DNA of 64,000 nucleotides from Escherichia phage AnYang. Within the stretch, counting starts at the first letter, position 1; each line of letters begins with the position of its first letter. A model generated the notes under the pieces. That model made no database searches and had not been told where the DNA came from. It saw only the letters and a list, made by a program, of their open reading frames with translations. The position numbers were made by a program, and so were the translations under genes. Shown one piece after another: positions 1 to 11,528 of the stretch. The DNA lies in the sequence record MK234886, one strand, 5' to 3'.

Positions 1-796
1 ACAACCGTTCGTTATTGTTAATGGAATCTTTGGTATGATGTAGTGCACTGTACCAGGCGGTTTTGAGTTTAAAGAACGTACCATCTTTCAGTACAAAGAT
101 GAAACCTTCAATACCCTCTTGTTTACGGATGTTTTCTACGAAATCACCCTCAGCGAGCTCATAGCTTTCAACCAAATGCTTACGCAGCGCGCCGTCCTTA
201 AACAATTCAGCATACGGAATATACTCACCTGTTTCATTATTACGAACGTTCAACAGGATGAGGTTTGTTTCTTGGTAAGCCAGCACGATACGGTTGGTAG
301 GTGCAACATATTCAAGGTTGCAGGTATACCCAGCTTTGGTGATTTCTTCTAGACGTGCGGCAAAAGCCTCATTCTCAGGGAGACGAAGGAAACGTAAAGA
401 ATCATATACCATCGATGAATGGATAGAGCCTTTAGATTTAACAGAAAGATACTGACGGTCCATGAATGTAGAAATCAGAGAACCATCTTCCTTAGCCATT
501 ACGAGGTCGATATTTTCTGGCGACAAATCCAGACCGATAGTCAGTGGGTTTTCGTCAAGGTTAAAGAACTTTTGCATAGGACGAGCAGCAATACGTACCG
601 GACCGTTCTCGTCCATTTCAAACATAATGCCTCGGCACTCTAGTGCTCCGTCCTCCAACCAATCAGAGTATGATGCATAGTTATAACTAAAGATGCGATA
701 GTTGACTCCTAGCGCACTCTGAAAGTCTTTAAAGAAGAACTTAGATTTAGTCGAGTTTTTAACCAGGGCCATCAAGTTATCATATAATTCAATCAT
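1..796 (-). CDS. rnlA: RNA ligase 1, partial (C-terminus lies beyond the window start)
   Basis: Manual minus-strand translation from ATG at 796: MIELYDNLMALVKNSTKSKFFFKDFQSALGVNYRIFSYNYASYSDWLEDGALECRGIMFEMDENG, recognisably the T4 gp63/Rnl1 N-terminus; frame stays open to the window edge, so it is absent from the ORF track. Confidence 0.8.
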   Translation of the reverse strand, partial: MIELYDNLMALVKNSTKSKFFFKDFQSALGVNYRIFSYNYASYSDWLEDGALECRGIMFEMDENGPVRIAARPMQKFFNLDENPLTIGLDLSPENIDLVMAKEDGSLISTFMDRQYLSVKSKGSIHSSMVYDSLRFLRLPENEAFAARLEEITKAGYTCNLEYVAPTNRIVLAYQETNLILLNVRNNETGEYIPYAELFKDGALRKHLVESYELAEGDFVENIRKQEGIEGFIFVLKDGTFFKLKTAWYSALHHTKDSINNNERL

Positions 797-800
797 TGCT

Positions 801-1214
801 TTATCCTTTTAATCGGTGTTGGGTATTCCAAGGTGGATTAAATTTCTTTATGAACATTGGCTCTTCAAGAGACATGGTCTCAACTGACATAGTTCCAAGT
901 TCGTTAGTCATCGACAGATTAAAGCACTGCCGTGCATAGAACTCTACCTTTTTACCTGCCATTAATGCTTCATGAATCAGAATGGACTTAGTCGAATCCG
1001 ACGTTTGGTCCTTACGATTAATAGCGGTTCGGTAGTAGTTGATGCGCTTACGAAGATTTTTAGTCTTCCCGATGTAGACTAGTATATCATCAACCGCTAT
1101 AGCATATATGACATTTTGTTTATTTGGTGCTGTGAGTGGAGCAATGCTGGCGTCATCTTGGAGTTCTAGGGTGACGTACTTGATAAAGCTAAATTCGTCT
1201 GCGATTTCTTTCAT
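801..1214 (-). CDS. denA: endonuclease II (GIY-YIG family)
   Basis: 137 aa; VIYAIAVDDILVYIGKT GIY-YIG-like motif; position downstream of nrdB as in T4. Confidence 0.8.
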   Translation of the reverse strand: MKEIADEFSFIKYVTLELQDDASIAPLTAPNKQNVIYAIAVDDILVYIGKTKNLRKRINYYRTAINRKDQTSDSTKSILIHEALMAGKKVEFYARQCFNLSMTNELGTMSVETMSLEEPMFIKKFNPPWNTQHRLKG

Positions 1215-1240
1215 AGCAATAAGGGGCCGAAGCCCCGTCC

Positions 1241-2449
1241 TTAAAAATATTTCTTGTATGATGTCATTACCTTTTCATCAACATCATTATCAATTTGTGC
1301 TACAAGGTAAGAACTGATTTCCACTTCCTGAGGAGCAGCCTGTACAGCATCAGAGTTCAGGTATTCGCGAATCCAAGGATATGGATGGCGGGTAGGAGCA
1401 TCAGTAATAGGACATGGTAAGCCACACTGCTTCATACGAGAAACTGTCAGGTAATCGACAAAAGCACCCATGTTCTGAGTATTTAATCCAGGGCAAGTGC
1501 CATCTTTGAACAGGTGAGCGGCCCATTCTTTTTCTTGGCGGTTAACTTCCATGAAAATATCAACTGCTTCTTGTTCACACTCTTGGGCAATTTTAACCCA
1601 TTCGTCGCCATCAGTACCAAGTTGAAGCTGACGAATAATGTACTGGGTACCTTTAAGGTGGAGCTGTTCATCACGTGCAATGAACTTCATAATCTTGGCA
1701 TTACCTTCCATGATTTCCATGTTTTTATGGAAGTTAAAGGTACATGCGAAAGATACATAAAAACGAATAGCTTCCAATGCGTTGATTACGTGCAGGCAGA
1801 GGTAAAGAGAACGCATCAGTTCACGTTTCCAATACATCTCATGCTCTATGGCATCTTCAATATCATCTTCGTCTGCGTTAATTTCTTTTTGGTACTCAAT
1901 ATCAGCTTTAGCATTCTGCCAATATCTAGTTTTCTTTAAAACATCGTCATAATAACGACCAATGGATTCGGCACGTTTCATGATGGCGTCATCTAACAGA
2001 ATTTCATCAAATACCTTAGATGGGTCTGTATAGAGGTTACGCATTATATGGGTATACGAACGTGAGTGAATAGTCTCACTAAAGGTCCATGTAGCAACCC
2101 ATGTATCAAGGCTAGGGTCAGAAATCAATGCTTGGAGAGCAGCAGAAGGAGCCCGTCCCTGGATACTATCCAGAAGTGATTGATACTTCAGGTTATTGGT
2201 AAAAATATTTTGCTGGAATTGTGGAAGCTTATTAAACTGGGCAGCATCCATCATCAAGTTAACTTCTTCTGGTCGCCAGAAAAAACTCAACTGCTTTTCA
2301 CAAAGCTCTTCGAATACTTTATGGCGTTGGATATCATAACGAGCAATACCCAATCCTGAACCAAAGAACATCGGTTCGACTAAAACATCAACTGGGGTGG
2401 TATTAAAAACTGTAGACATATTATTCTCATTTGTTAGTGACTCATCCAT
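1241..2449 (-). CDS. nrdB: ribonucleotide reductase small subunit
   Basis: 402 aa uninterrupted ORF; ferritin-like RNR beta features; adjacent to nrdA. Confidence 0.9.
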   Translation of the reverse strand: MDESLTNENNMSTVFNTTPVDVLVEPMFFGSGLGIARYDIQRHKVFEELCEKQLSFFWRPEEVNLMMDAAQFNKLPQFQQNIFTNNLKYQSLLDSIQGRAPSAALQALISDPSLDTWVATWTFSETIHSRSYTHIMRNLYTDPSKVFDEILLDDAIMKRAESIGRYYDDVLKKTRYWQNAKADIEYQKEINADEDDIEDAIEHEMYWKRELMRSLYLCLHVINALEAIRFYVSFACTFNFHKNMEIMEGNAKIMKFIARDEQLHLKGTQYIIRQLQLGTDGDEWVKIAQECEQEAVDIFMEVNRQEKEWAAHLFKDGTCPGLNTQNMGAFVDYLTVSRMKQCGLPCPITDAPTRHPYPWIREYLNSDAVQAAPQEVEISSYLVAQIDNDVDEKVMTSYKKYF

Positions 2450-2472
2450 GAGTCAATTATAATCAGATTTTA

Positions 2473-4728
2473 TTAAAGCTTACATGCTGCACAATCGTCG
2501 GCTTTAGGAGTTTCGATTTCGTAATCGTCAGTACCAGAACCATCACGGGTATTGTGATAATAGAGATTTTTTCCGCCATAATACCAGAAATATAGCAGGT
2601 CATCAAGCATTACAGACATCGGAACTTTTCCTTTTGGAAAAATCTGCGGGTCATAATAAGTGTTTGCTGATGCCGATTGACAAACCCATTTCAACATAAT
2701 CGCCACCTGCGTAAGATAAGGTTTATTACCTTTCTTAGCGAGGGTCCAAGCGTAATCGTAGAGCCCTTGATTATGTTCTACATTAGGAACTACCTGCCGG
2801 AAGTTACCTTCTTTAGATTCTTTAATACTTACTGGGCCACGCGGAGGTTCGATACCGTTTGTAGAGTTGGAAACCTGGCTGCTTGATTCACACGGCATAA
2901 GTGCTGATAATGTGCTATTACGGATGCCATGTTTAGCCAAGTCTTCCCGCAACGACGTCCAGTCGCAAACATAGTTAGGGGCTGCGATTTGGTCAATCTT
3001 TTTATTGTACCAGTCGATAGGTAATTCGCCTCGAGACCATTTAGTGTCTGAATAATACTCGCAAGGTCCTTTTTCTTCGGCCAGCTTGATGGATGCTCGG
3101 ATAAGTCCATATTGTAATCTCTCAAACAGTTCGTGAGTTAAATCGTTAGCGTCTTCATAAGAAGCAAAGTTGCTTGCCAACCAAGCAGCGTAGTTCGTAA
3201 CACCTACACCCAGGTTACGACGTTTCTTAGCCTTAAGAGCTTCAGGAACAGGATAATCTTGGTAGTCCAACAGGTTATCAAGTGCACGTACTTGTACTTC
3301 AGCCAGCTCATTGATTTTGTCTTGGTCTTGCCAATCGAAGTTATCCAGCACAAATGCAGACAACGTACACAATCCGATTTCAGCGTCCGGACTATTCACG
3401 TCAGTAGTCGGGATAGCAATTTCACAACACAAGTTGCTCTGGCGAATAGGAGCTTTCTCACGAATAAATGGTGTGAAGTTGTTAGTGTTATCAACGAACT
3501 GAGGATAAATTCGTGCAGTGCCTGAACGTTCAGTCATGAACAATTCAAAAAGGTCACGTGCTTTAATACGTTTCTTACGAATACTAGGGTCTTTTTCAGC
3601 AGCTTCATACAATTCACGGAAACGGTCTTGGTCTTCGAAATAAGAATGGTAAAGCTCACCACTCATTTCATGAGGACTAAACAGGGTAATGTAATCATTT
3701 TTGCCGAAACGTTCCATCATAAGGTCATTCAACTGGATTCCGTAGTCCATATGACGAATACGGTTCTCATCGACACCCTTGTTGTTTTTCAGAACGAGCA
3801 GATTCTCAACTTCCAAATGCCAAATAGGATAATAAGCAGTAGCAGCGCCGCCACGGATTCCACCTTGTGAACATGATTTAACAGCAGTCTGGAAATGTTT
3901 CCAGAATGGAATAACACCAGTATGTTTGACTTCGCCCATGCCAATACGAGAACCTTCAGCACGAATCATACCAACGTTGATACCAATACCTGCACGTTTA
4001 GAAATGTATTCAATTATTGAGTTAGCAGTTTTGTTAATAGATTTCAGTGAGTCGCCTGCTTCAATAACCACACAAGAACTAAATTGACGGGTTGGTGTAC
4101 GTGCTCCGGCCATAATAGGAGTAGGCAACGAAACCTGACGAGTACTTACAGCATCATAAAAACGGATAATATGCGCTAAACGATTACCCGGCTCTTCTTG
4201 GTGCAACGCCATACCAATGCACATAATAGCGAACTGAGGAGTTTCGTAGATTTTACCGGTTGTTTTATCTTTAACCAAATATTTCTCTTTCAGCTGCATT
4301 GCGCCTGCATAGGTCAATTCAAAGTCACGTTCATGCTTGATATGAGATTCTAAGAAAGTAATTTCTTCTGCAGAATATCGAGACAGCAATTCGGGGTCAT
4401 ATTTACCTTCGTTAACACAATAGGAAATATGGTCGATAAAACTACGTGGTTCAAACTGGCCGTAAACTTCTTTACGCAGTGCAAACATCAATTGCTTTGC
4501 AGCAACATATTGGTAATCAGGCTCTTCAACCGAAATAAGGTTGGCTGCTACCTTAACAGTCAGATTCTGGATATCTTTGGTAGTCATACCATCACGAAGA
4601 TGAGATTTGATTTCTTCGTATAATTCATAGGGGTCGATTTGGGTTCCTTCACAGCCCCAAGTCAGAACTTTAATAATTTTTTGTGCGTCAAAATCTTGGG
4701 ATACACCACTACTTTTTTGTACTTGCAT
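2473..4728 (-). CDS. nrdA: ribonucleotide reductase large subunit
   Basis: 751 aa; class I RNR alpha, size and synteny as T4 NrdA. Confidence 0.9.
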   Translation of the reverse strand: MQVQKSSGVSQDFDAQKIIKVLTWGCEGTQIDPYELYEEIKSHLRDGMTTKDIQNLTVKVAANLISVEEPDYQYVAAKQLMFALRKEVYGQFEPRSFIDHISYCVNEGKYDPELLSRYSAEEITFLESHIKHERDFELTYAGAMQLKEKYLVKDKTTGKIYETPQFAIMCIGMALHQEEPGNRLAHIIRFYDAVSTRQVSLPTPIMAGARTPTRQFSSCVVIEAGDSLKSINKTANSIIEYISKRAGIGINVGMIRAEGSRIGMGEVKHTGVIPFWKHFQTAVKSCSQGGIRGGAATAYYPIWHLEVENLLVLKNNKGVDENRIRHMDYGIQLNDLMMERFGKNDYITLFSPHEMSGELYHSYFEDQDRFRELYEAAEKDPSIRKKRIKARDLFELFMTERSGTARIYPQFVDNTNNFTPFIREKAPIRQSNLCCEIAIPTTDVNSPDAEIGLCTLSAFVLDNFDWQDQDKINELAEVQVRALDNLLDYQDYPVPEALKAKKRRNLGVGVTNYAAWLASNFASYEDANDLTHELFERLQYGLIRASIKLAEEKGPCEYYSDTKWSRGELPIDWYNKKIDQIAAPNYVCDWTSLREDLAKHGIRNSTLSALMPCESSSQVSNSTNGIEPPRGPVSIKESKEGNFRQVVPNVEHNQGLYDYAWTLAKKGNKPYLTQVAIMLKWVCQSASANTYYDPQIFPKGKVPMSVMLDDLLYFWYYGGKNLYYHNTRDGSGTDDYEIETPKADDCAACKL

Positions 4729-4856
4729 AATTTCCTCAATATGTTAGGTTCTATAATTATTCTATCATAGAACCTGTTAAGCATGGACTGATATTTATAG
4801 AATGAAATTCAGTCCGACCATAATAACCAAAAACAGAGTACAGATTATTTGAATTT

Positions 4857-6545
<1,689 letters not shown>

Positions 6546-6570
6546 TTTATTCTCCTTAGTTGATAAGGCT

Positions 6571-6600
6571 ATAGTATCACTACCATAGCCTGGTGTAAAC
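6571..6600 (-). promoter_or_regulatory. T4-type early promoter (-35 GTTTAC, TGn-extended -10 TACTAT)
   Basis: Minus strand reads GTTTAC-N18-TACTATAGCC; upstream of ORF 6306-6545. Confidence 0.55.
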
Positions 6601-6828
6601 TTATTTTTGAATTAAGCCCATATAAAATTTAGCGTCTTCCGGGTGCATACCGTCACAATACTCGTCAGCCATAAAGCGGGTAAGGTCTTCAAGAGGACCT
6701 TGGACTTCAATTTGCATACTGCAGAATTGCGTATCTTTAATATAGGTCATAACTAAAGAAGGATAACGATTACGGATAACTTCGTAAGTGTATTCAAAAT
6801 CAACGATATCAATATTAACCTTAGCCAT
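6601..6828 (-). CDS. hypothetical small protein (frd.2 position)
   Basis: 75-aa ORF preceded by an early-promoter motif. Confidence 0.5.
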   Translation of the reverse strand: MAKVNIDIVDFEYTYEVIRNRYPSLVMTYIKDTQFCSMQIEVQGPLEDLTRFMADEYCDGMHPEDAKFYMGLIQK

Positions 6829-6858
6829 TTTATTTTCCTCATGTAGTTGATAGGTTCT

Positions 6859-6887
6859 ATAGTATCATGTTTAAAGGCATTGTAAAC
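6859..6887 (-). promoter_or_regulatory. T4-type early promoter
   Basis: GTTTAC-N17-TACTATAGAACCTATCAAC on minus strand; upstream of ORF 6601-6828. Confidence 0.55.
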
Positions 6888-6939
6888 CATTAAATGCCAA
6901 AAAGGGAAGACCGAAGTCTTCCCATTATAAATCAATAAC

Positions 6940-7851
6940 TTATAGACCAGCTAACAGGTCGTCCAGACCATCGTCATCAGAAGGACTTACTGACGGCTCA
7001 GGAGTAGTGGAACGAGCAGGTGTAGACGGTTTGGAATCATATGCATCAAGGTCTGCACTGAATGCGTCCAGGTCATCACCAATCTTATCAGCGGCTGCAG
7101 ATGCGACAGCGGCAGCACCACCAAGAGCAGCTGTACCAACAACTTTCTTAAACTTAGCTTCGTTAGTTTCGAATGATTTGAACTCGAGCAGTTTAGAAAG
7201 GTCGTGCATTTCTTCCATCAATTTAGCTTGGTAAGCTTCATCATTGATGTTAGGAATTTCAGACTGACCCATGAATTTGGAATCGTCATAGTTCTTGAAG
7301 TCGCCAACTTTCTTAGATTTCAGTACGAAGTTCGCACCATCAAACGGACATGTTACGTCAACCGGCACTTCACCGATATCAGTATCAACTTCAACCATCT
7401 GGTTGATTTTATCCATAATTTTCTGACCGAAACGGAATTTAAACACTTTACCTTCGTTAGCAGGCACTGCACTATCCTTAATAACAAGGATGTTAGCCCA
7501 GAAGGAAGTTTTACGTTTCATCAGTTTGTATTCGGCATTATTAGTATTAAAGGTATCATTCTGGTTCATGTATTTACATACAGGACATGAATCGAAATCA
7601 CCATGAGTAGACGTACATGATTCGATATACCACTGACCATTTTTCTTAAAACCATGGTTAACAAGCTTAACGAATGGGGATGGATTAGCTTCGTTTTTCG
7701 AAGGAAGGAATCGAATAACTGCGGTTCCTACGCCATTGTCATCTTTCAATTTCCATTCGGATTTGTCATCAGACGAGAAAGAAGAGCCACCTTTCATTGC
7801 AGACAGTTGAGCAGCAAGTTCAGCAGGATTACGGCGTTTAAACATAGACAT
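6940..7851 (-). CDS. 32: single-stranded DNA-binding protein gp32
   Basis: 303 aa; Zn-binding region ([12 protein letters not shown]) and acidic C-terminal tail; T4 gp32-like. Confidence 0.9.
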   Translation of the reverse strand: MSMFKRRNPAELAAQLSAMKGGSSFSSDDKSEWKLKDDNGVGTAVIRFLPSKNEANPSPFVKLVNHGFKKNGQWYIESCTSTHGDFDSCPVCKYMNQNDTFNTNNAEYKLMKRKTSFWANILVIKDSAVPANEGKVFKFRFGQKIMDKINQMVEVDTDIGEVPVDVTCPFDGANFVLKSKKVGDFKNYDDSKFMGQSEIPNINDEAYQAKLMEEMHDLSKLLEFKSFETNEAKFKKVVGTAALGGAAAVASAAADKIGDDLDAFSADLDAYDSKPSTPARSTTPEPSVSPSDDDGLDDLLAGL

Positions 7852-7905
7852 ATTATTTACCTTATTTGATATATTTAATAAATTTATTAACAGTTGTTGT
7901 TATCA
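7852..7905 (-). promoter_or_regulatory. A/U-rich 5' leader of gene 32 (candidate autoregulatory operator)
   Basis: Minus-strand leader UUAAUAAAUUUAUUAAAUAUAUCAAAUAAGGUAAAUAAU-AUG is nearly free of G/C, as expected for a gp32 binding site. Confidence 0.35.
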
Positions 7906-7949
7906 CGTTTACCTTGATAACTAGGTTTTGAAGATGAAGTAATTATATA

Positions 7950-8594
7950 TCACTTCGAATAAAGCATTTTTAACTTAATGAATTCAGGGTCATCATTAGG
8001 AACCCAACCCTCATTAAATTGTTTAATCATACTCTTTGATGTAGTTTCACTAACATTTATACCAGAGTTAATGAGACGCCTCCATCCACAAGCTCTTCCA
8101 CTAGAATTAATTATACAATAATTAGTATAAGCAATATCACTAAGCATCCAATCTAAAGGGTTTGCTCTAGAAGTTTTCCAAGGACGGTAATCGGGTTGAT
8201 TCATATAGTTAGCAGCTTTCATATGGGCTCTAACTTCAGGACGTTTGGCTGGGTGAGTGCATCCAAAGACTCCAAATCCGCCACCGGCATAAACCAAATT
8301 AAAATAATCATCATTATCTCTAGCTTGAACTTCCAATTGTTCTGAACGTTCAATATTAATAACAATATCAAATGGCGTTATAGCCAAAATTTCAACAATA
8401 GGTTTTTCTTCTTCGAGGGCCTCTTTAAATCTTGATTGCTCGCAAGAGGTCCAATACTCTTTACCTTTACAGTCAATAATCACGCCATTTTCAAAAGTAC
8501 AATTAGTTTTAGAACCTATGTACGAAAACGGCTTAATATTATTAGCCTGACGATTAAGCCAAGTCATTTTATAAACTATATTCAAAATTGACAA
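7950..8594 (-). CDS. putative GIY-YIG endonuclease, SegG-like by position
   Basis: 214 aa; N-terminal NIVYKMT...FSYIGSK resembles a GIY-x(n)-YIG module; sits between 32 and 59 where T4 carries segG; overlaps gp59 start by 13 nt. Confidence 0.45.
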   Translation of the reverse strand: MSILNIVYKMTWLNRQANNIKPFSYIGSKTNCTFENGVIIDCKGKEYWTSCEQSRFKEALEEEKPIVEILAITPFDIVINIERSEQLEVQARDNDDYFNLVYAGGGFGVFGCTHPAKRPEVRAHMKAANYMNQPDYRPWKTSRANPLDWMLSDIAYTNYCIINSSGRACGWRRLINSGINVSETTSKSMIKQFNEGWVPNDDPEFIKLKMLYSK

Positions 8595-9235
8595 CTCTTA
8601 ATAGTCTCAATGAATAATTTTCTTGCCTCTACAGCATCTATTATAAGAATTTTTTTGTAAGCATTTAATTTAGTCGAATACTTAGACCACACTAAATCGT
8701 TAGTCTTTTCATCGTGCTTATCAATTATACCCATAAATGAATCAAGCAAAATAAACGTTTCGAATGAAATCACATTTGATTGAAGGAGCTTAAAAATATA
8801 GCTCGAGTTAACTTTTTTATTATAATCAAAAATTTCAGAAAGCGCTTGAACTTCCACTTTCTTACTAAAATAATAAATGTTTTTGATATCATCCTCAAAA
8901 ACTTGTTTTATTCTTTTAAGTCTACCGATATATTCTCGGTAAAAGACTAAGGCGTCAGCATCACTGATGTCGCCAATCCATGCGTCTTGGTTAGCCACCA
9001 AGTTACTCATGAAGATAAGAGCAAGCTCTTTCAAAGTGTATTTATCACTCAATTTCTCAAAGAAATATTTGTCACGACGTTTTTGATAAGCCGTATCAGA
9101 GATTCGCATGACCCAGTTATATTTTATAACGTCGTATTTGGCATTGAAGTGATGTTTAAGTTGCAAATATAAAGAATACACGCTCTTACCATTCACCATA
9201 CGATTGCTGTTTGGTGGCATACGAATCTTAATCAT
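8582..9235 (-). CDS. 59: helicase loader gp59
   Basis: 217 aa; near-collinear with T4 gp59 (KYDVIKYNWVMRISDTAYQKRRDKYFF, QDAWIGDISDADALVFYREYIGRL). Confidence 0.9.
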   Translation of the reverse strand: MIKIRMPPNSNRMVNGKSVYSLYLQLKHHFNAKYDVIKYNWVMRISDTAYQKRRDKYFFEKLSDKYTLKELALIFMSNLVANQDAWIGDISDADALVFYREYIGRLKRIKQVFEDDIKNIYYFSKKVEVQALSEIFDYNKKVNSSYIFKLLQSNVISFETFILLDSFMGIIDKHDEKTNDLVWSKYSTKLNAYKKILIIDAVEARKLFIETIKSCQF

Positions 9236-9914
9236 GATATTTCCATCCGGTCCACTTATCGCTTTTTAATCTGTAACTAACCAAACTATTAGATATTCCG
9301 AATTTGGAAGCCACTTCAGAACATGAATCATAACATATTCCATCGATAAGCAATTTCTTTTTGTATAAGTCTTTAAAAGATTGTGGCCTAGGTCCTGTAT
9401 TTGCCTTAAGAAGAGCAGCTCTTGTACTATCAGGCATTTTAGGTCCTTTCTTACCTGCTCTGGATTTACTTAGAGCTTTTCGATGTGCATCGGTAAGATT
9501 AATACCTTTATTTGGTGAAGGTATATTTCTAAGTCTTCTTGTTATAGAAACTTTTTTACAAACACTATCAGGTCGTGGAATACCTAATTTAGATTTACTT
9601 ATAGCAAGTTTATGTTCTTCAGATATTTTCTTACCAAGTCCACCTTTACCGCCAACAACCAAATTATAAGTATTCGGGTCTGAAACAAATTCTTCGTTAA
9701 CGAGTTCTCGCTCTTTATCAAAGGCCTCCTCTTGGGAATCCATAACAAAGAGAATTTCTTTTTCAAAATTCTCTATACCATGTTTTAATATAGCCTTCTT
9801 AATTAACTTACCTGAACCCATATAATGGTCATGGCGTTTGGTTTCTTTATGCACACCGATATAAATTTTACCATTCAATTTATTGGTTACTTTATATACG
9901 GTGTGTTTAATCAT
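9228..9914 (-). CDS. GIY-YIG homing endonuclease (Seg-like)
   Basis: 228 aa; TVYKVTNKLNGKIYIGVHKETKRHDHYMGSG; NUMOD-like repeats (HKLAISKSKLG, HRKALSKSRAG); inserted between 59 and 33. Confidence 0.8.
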   Translation of the reverse strand: MIKHTVYKVTNKLNGKIYIGVHKETKRHDHYMGSGKLIKKAILKHGIENFEKEILFVMDSQEEAFDKERELVNEEFVSDPNTYNLVVGGKGGLGKKISEEHKLAISKSKLGIPRPDSVCKKVSITRRLRNIPSPNKGINLTDAHRKALSKSRAGKKGPKMPDSTRAALLKANTGPRPQSFKDLYKKKLLIDGICYDSCSEVASKFGISNSLVSYRLKSDKWTGWKYHD

Positions 9915-10213
9915 AACAAGAAATCCAGAGTATTAGTCTTTTGCGTTCTGGCCATTGAAGGTCGAAGCAAGTTATCATCAATGGCTTCGTTCATAATTTT
10001 ATCAATAATTCCTGCAGGCAAATAACGAGCAAAGTTACCTTCAGGGATGCTGTTCTCTTCCAACCATGCGGTAGCCGCTTCGAGGTAACTACAACCTTCA
10101 GCCTCAACAAAGGCCTCAATATCAAGGCCATTCTGTTGTTTGTTTACCAATACATGGACGGGTTCGGAAGCGGTATTAACCGCTCCATCAAAATCATTCA
10201 AAGATTGTGTCAT
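9911..10213 (-). CDS. 33: late transcription co-activator gp33
   Basis: 100 aa; MTQSLNDF start and TNTLDFLL end match T4 gp33. Confidence 0.8.
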   Translation of the reverse strand: MTQSLNDFDGAVNTASEPVHVLVNKQQNGLDIEAFVEAEGCSYLEAATAWLEENSIPEGNFARYLPAGIIDKIMNEAIDDNLLRPSMARTQKTNTLDFLL

Positions 10214-10472
10214 ACAGTTCTACCACTTCAGTTTTTTCGTCTTCGAAACGTTCACGAGTGCCTTTATGGTACAAGGAGAACAGCTGGTTAAACATTTTAC
10301 CATCTACACCAAGTTCAGTCTTAGCACGGTCTTTGATATCTTTAATTTCGTCACCGTAAGCTTCCATTTTTAATTTAGTATCGGAAGCCGACTTAATCAG
10401 TTGTGCCAATGTGTTACCATGTTCTTCTTGATTGAATTCAACTTTCACTTTTTCTTTAGCCATTATATTCAC
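10194..10472 (-). CDS. dsbA: dsDNA-binding protein DsbA
   Basis: 92 aa; ELGVDGKMFNQLFSLYHKG matches T4 DsbA. Confidence 0.8.
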   Translation of the reverse strand: MNIMAKEKVKVEFNQEEHGNTLAQLIKSASDTKLKMEAYGDEIKDIKDRAKTELGVDGKMFNQLFSLYHKGTRERFEDEKTEVVELYDTIFE

Positions 10473-10473
10473 C

Positions 10474-11421
10474 TTAATAAAAATCAGCTACTGTAGCGGT
10501 TAGTTTAGACAAACCGGATTTAACGAAATAAGGATAAACTTTAGATTTCGAAGGTTTGTTATACGTATTATATCTTTCAGTAATTAAAGCAACAATATCA
10601 TCTGGAATAAAGTCCATATCAATTAAGATTTGGTTTTCACAGAAACGTTCATATTGTTCTTCAGTAAGAAGTGTTTTAATTATATCATGGTCATAATAAT
10701 TAAGAGCAATTGCTTCAAGTTCCTTGGCACGAGTGCTAGGAGTACGTTCGCCTTCAACCATTGTCAACCAGTAATCACCACGAACTTTAATACTCGCAAC
10801 GTTATCTTTACGGTCGCCTTTAACTACTTTAGTTACACAATCAAGCAAGGCATCGCCAGATTTCGTTTTGACGAATTTTTTCTGCATTGGAGACCATTGT
10901 TTTACCCCAGGGAATTTATGAAGTTGGGTAAAGTCACCATCCGAAGAACCGATCATAACAGGATGGCCTAAAGCCGTGAGGATGCGAGTCAATACAGCAA
11001 TATGGTCATCAGCTTCGATTGTATCGATATTCATAACAATATAAGGCATGTTTTGTTCCAGTTCATCAACAATAATATGCATTGCAGTGAATAAACCTTC
11101 CCAATCAAATGGTGATTCGTCACGTGCCTTAGCACGGTTTTTCTTATAATAAGAAGAATAACGACGACGCCAATAACCTGATTTAGAGTTATCGACACAA
11201 ATGATTAATTGGTTGTAACCTTGTTTTTTAAAGTCTTTAATGTTTTTCTTAATTGAATTCAACACGAGATGTCGAAGCATTGCTGTAGTTACTTTAGGAA
11301 ATCCAGCATTTTCACCAAATTCTTGGAAAGCCGCAGCCATAATGATTTGGCTGAAGTCTAACAACAAGAATCCATCTTTTTGTTGGTCTTCTTCAGGAAG
11401 TAAAAAATCTAAATCGTTCAT
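10474..11421 (-). CDS. rnh: RNase H (5'-3' exonuclease)
   Basis: Internal start MNDLDFLL chosen because the upstream ATG at 11454 lies inside the promoter -10; CIDNSKSGYWRR, SSDGDFTQLHK motifs as T4 RNase H. Confidence 0.85.
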   Translation of the reverse strand: MNDLDFLLPEEDQQKDGFLLLDFSQIIMAAAFQEFGENAGFPKVTTAMLRHLVLNSIKKNIKDFKKQGYNQLIICVDNSKSGYWRRRYSSYYKKNRAKARDESPFDWEGLFTAMHIIVDELEQNMPYIVMNIDTIEADDHIAVLTRILTALGHPVMIGSSDGDFTQLHKFPGVKQWSPMQKKFVKTKSGDALLDCVTKVVKGDRKDNVASIKVRGDYWLTMVEGERTPSTRAKELEAIALNYYDHDIIKTLLTEEQYERFCENQILIDMDFIPDDIVALITERYNTYNKPSKSKVYPYFVKSGLSKLTATVADFY

Positions 11422-11452
11422 ATGAACCTCTGTCCAATTAGTGTAGAGGTTC

Positions 11453-11481
11453 ATTATATCATGACCCTAGAAGAAGTAAAC
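11453..11481 (-). promoter_or_regulatory. T4-type early promoter for rnh
   Basis: GTTTAC-N17-TATAAT on minus strand; shares its -35 region with the plus-strand gene 34 late promoter. Confidence 0.6.
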
Positions 11482-11498
11482 ACTTTGCTATAAATAGT

Positions 11499-11506
11499 TC
11501 TATACC
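11499..11506 (+). promoter_or_regulatory. late promoter TATAAATA (gene 34)
   Basis: Exact TATAAATA about 22 nt upstream of the gene 34 ATG. Confidence 0.65.
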
Positions 11507-11528
11507 CTGAAAACGAAAAGGAAATAAA

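Noticed and set aside
119-680. Plus-strand ORFs 119-352, 419-643 and 462-680
   Set aside because: They lie antisense within the open minus-strand frame of rnlA, whose translation matches T4 RNA ligase 1; shadow ORFs.
1223-1236. GGGGCC-GAAG-CCCC hairpin between nrdB and denA as a terminator
   Set aside because: No U-run follows on either strand; more likely an RNA structure or processing site.
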